Virus record (IMG/VR): IMGVR_UViG_3300005538_000215
Span: 1 to 46,151 of that record
DNA: 46,151 nucleotides
Strand: one strand, 5' to 3'
Source: a virus
Lineage: Duplodnaviria; Caudoviricetes
Part shown: one piece after another, positions 44,739 through 46,151 of the stretch
Layout: each line of letters starts with the position of its first letter
How positions within the stretch are numbered: position 1 is the first letter of the stretch
Position numbers and translations under genes: made by a program
Notes under the pieces: generated by a model
Database searches by the model: none
What the model was told of the DNA's origin: nothing
Seen by the model: the letters and a program-made list of their open reading frames with translations, nothing else

Positions 44739-45146
44739 ATGGCGGACGAACTTTCAGCAGTCCAAGATTTTCAGGCCGTGACGCTTCCTTTGCACCGCGA
44801 TCTCGGCCGCATCGAAGGGAAACTGTCGGCCGTTGAAGGTCGGCTTGGCGCCATGGAAGCCCGCGTTCTCCGCAATGAGACCATCACGGAGGAAGGTTTC
44901 CGTCTGGCGGCCAACGAGCGGGAAAAGAGCGCGGAAGTGATCGAAACCAAGGTCGACAACATCGAAAAGACGCTGGGCGACAAGATCGACGGAGTACAGA
45001 AAGCCGTTGCCGACATGGCCCTGAAACAGGCTGCAAAAGACGGACGATCCAGCGGCGGCCAGAGAATGTTGTGGACTGTTGGATCAATCGCTTTTGCTGG
45101 CGGAACGCTGCTTGCCAGCATCATGCAGATATTCTGGCACCACTGA
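44739..45146 (+). CDS. Coiled-coil protein with C-terminal TM (lysis-associated)
   Basis: GGGGAG RBS; LGRIEGKL heptads; terminal hydrophobic helix. Confidence 0.75.
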   Translation: MADELSAVQDFQAVTLPLHRDLGRIEGKLSAVEGRLGAMEARVLRNETITEEGFRLAANEREKSAEVIETKVDNIEKTLGDKIDGVQKAVADMALKQAAKDGRSSGGQRMLWTVGSIAFAGGTLLASIMQIFWHH

Positions 45147-45181
45147 ATTCGTCGGGGCGTTTCATTCTTGGAGGTACAGAT

Positions 45182-45367
45182 ATGTCGCTGGGACTGATTT
45201 TGATTATCGTGCTGATCGTCGTCCTTGCGGGCGGATGGTATGGCGGATGGTACGGACCTCCCGCTCCCGGAACCGGGCCCGTGTTCTATCGCGGGCCTTA
45301 TCTCGGCGGCGGACTCGGTCTTGTGCTCATCATCATCGTGATTCTGGTGTTGCTCGGGCGAATCTGA
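45182..45367 (+). CDS. DUF3309-like small membrane protein
   Basis: GGAGG RBS; MSLGLILIIVLIVVLAGG...GGGLGLVLIIIVILVLLGRI. Confidence 0.85.
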   Translation: MSLGLILIIVLIVVLAGGWYGGWYGPPAPGTGPVFYRGPYLGGGLGLVLIIIVILVLLGRI

Positions 45368-45395
45368 CGCGCTGAACGATACAGACTGGAATAGG

Positions 45396-45432
45396 GCCGC
45401 TGGCGGGGAACCGCTGGCGGCTTTTTCATTTT
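45396..45432 (+). terminator. Rho-independent terminator ending the late operon
   Basis: GCCGCTGGCGG-GGAA-CCGCTGGCGGC stem (two G-U pairs) followed by TTTTTCATTTT. Confidence 0.85.
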
Positions 45433-45659
45433 GTACGCCTACCTGGTGGCGCGATGTACGCATTGTCCAGTCCCAGCGCTCGGCCAAGATAGGACGGATC
45501 GACCGCGCTCTCCAGCACGATCTCGACGGCGCGGGGGATGGGCGTGTCGCCTGCGATCCAGCGGCGGCAATGGCGATCGGTGACGCCGAGTTTCTCCGCC
45601 GCCTCACCCTGCGACCAGCCGAACTGCTCCAGTATCTTGCGGTAGCGGGAGGGGGTCAT
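45426..45659 (-). CDS. XRE-family HTH protein
   Basis: MTPSRYRKILEQFGWSQGEAAEKLGVTDRHCRRWIAGDTPIP. Confidence 0.88.
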   Translation of the reverse strand: MTPSRYRKILEQFGWSQGEAAEKLGVTDRHCRRWIAGDTPIPRAVEIVLESAVDPSYLGRALGLDNAYIAPPGRRTK

Positions 45660-45660
45660 G

Positions 45661-45966
45661 TCATGTCCATCCCATAGGGCTGCCGGCGTTGGCGAGCAGC
45701 GTGATGGCGCGGCGTACATTGGGATCGTCCATGCCGCGCTTGGCCCGGTAGGGACTGCGCGCCGGCACGTATCGCTTGGCTGATTTGTCATAGTCCATCG
45801 CGCCGGGATAGAGCGCGATGAAGCGATTGATGTCGAGGCTCGCCTGAGCCGGCGAGATGCCAAATACCGAGATGATATCCTCCCGGCATAGCGTACCGCG
45901 TGCAGAGAGGCGCCAGTCGATGTAGTCTTGGCGCCTCTCGGATGCCCAATCGCTGCGGCTCATCAA
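45661..45966 (-). CDS. Stand-alone CapW/BrxR-type N-terminal winged-HTH protein
   Basis: RQDYIDWRL...GTLCREDIISVFGISPAQASLDINRF...YDKSAKRY; no WYL domain follows. Confidence 0.75.
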   Translation of the reverse strand: MMSRSDWASERRQDYIDWRLSARGTLCREDIISVFGISPAQASLDINRFIALYPGAMDYDKSAKRYVPARSPYRAKRGMDDPNVRRAITLLANAGSPMGWT

Positions 45967-46151
45967 ATTTCCGTAAGGTCGGAAATATAGGCCGGTGTCC
46001 GTACGCCACTATCCCACGCGACCTCAACTCGCCTCGCGTCAATTACGCCGAGAACGCGGCCAGTGTCGTGGTCCTCGCCAATTCCGCCCTCGACGCGCTT
46101 TCCGACCAGAGCGCGGGCAGTCTTGAGATTACGATTCGGGTGATTTGTCAT
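45963..46151 (-). CDS. Small hypothetical protein (MTNHPNR N-terminus)
   Basis: Coupled overlap with next gene; ATG is at the window edge, so upstream context is unseen. Confidence 0.65.
   Translation of the reverse strand: MTNHPNRNLKTARALVGKRVEGGIGEDHDTGRVLGVIDARRVEVAWDSGVRTPAYISDLTEI

Noticed and set aside
45426-45966. Toxin-antitoxin pair
   Set aside because: Both proteins look like DNA-binding HTH types; no toxin motif recognised.
46011-46020. ATCCCACGCG matching bases 1-10 as an att site or terminal repeat
   Set aside because: Only 10 bp, inside coding sequence (both encode AWD on the minus strand), and no integrase seen.

Overview
The window is most of a GC-rich, lambdoid-organised temperate siphophage or prophage. 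The host is probably an alphaproteobacterium, inferred from GapR/DUF2312, DUF3309 and a GTA-like DUF2460-DUF2163-NlpC/P60 tail tip. Order: start of a leftward early operon (runs off base 1); immunity region with PL/PR, TACGCA-N3-TGCGTA operators, a cI-like S24 repressor and cro; rightward early operon (LexA-type HTH, GapR fusion, AAA ATPase, ASCH-like protein, DNA methyltransferase, replication initiator with iterons, late regulator); HNH, terminase and HK97-type head genes; non-contractile tail genes; a receptor-binding cluster; a fragmented lysis region; three small leftward genes. No integrase, att site, tRNA or CRISPR was seen. Best candidate for an undescribed system: four consecutive genes in the tail-spike position (35.6-41.4 kb) encode proteins with Sec-type signal peptides and even-numbered, often paired cysteines, implying export and oxidative folding of virion-like proteins. 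Also notable: two tandem tail-tube paralogs and two chaperone paralogs; a glycosyltransferase in the head operon; GapR and AAA proteins sharing one Rmf-like C-terminal module; a methyltransferase ending in an FtsZ-tail mimic; a parS-like site beside the origin; an Acb2/Tad1-like sponge; and a stand-alone CapW-type wHTH. All family calls come from recognising motifs by eye, not from database searches.
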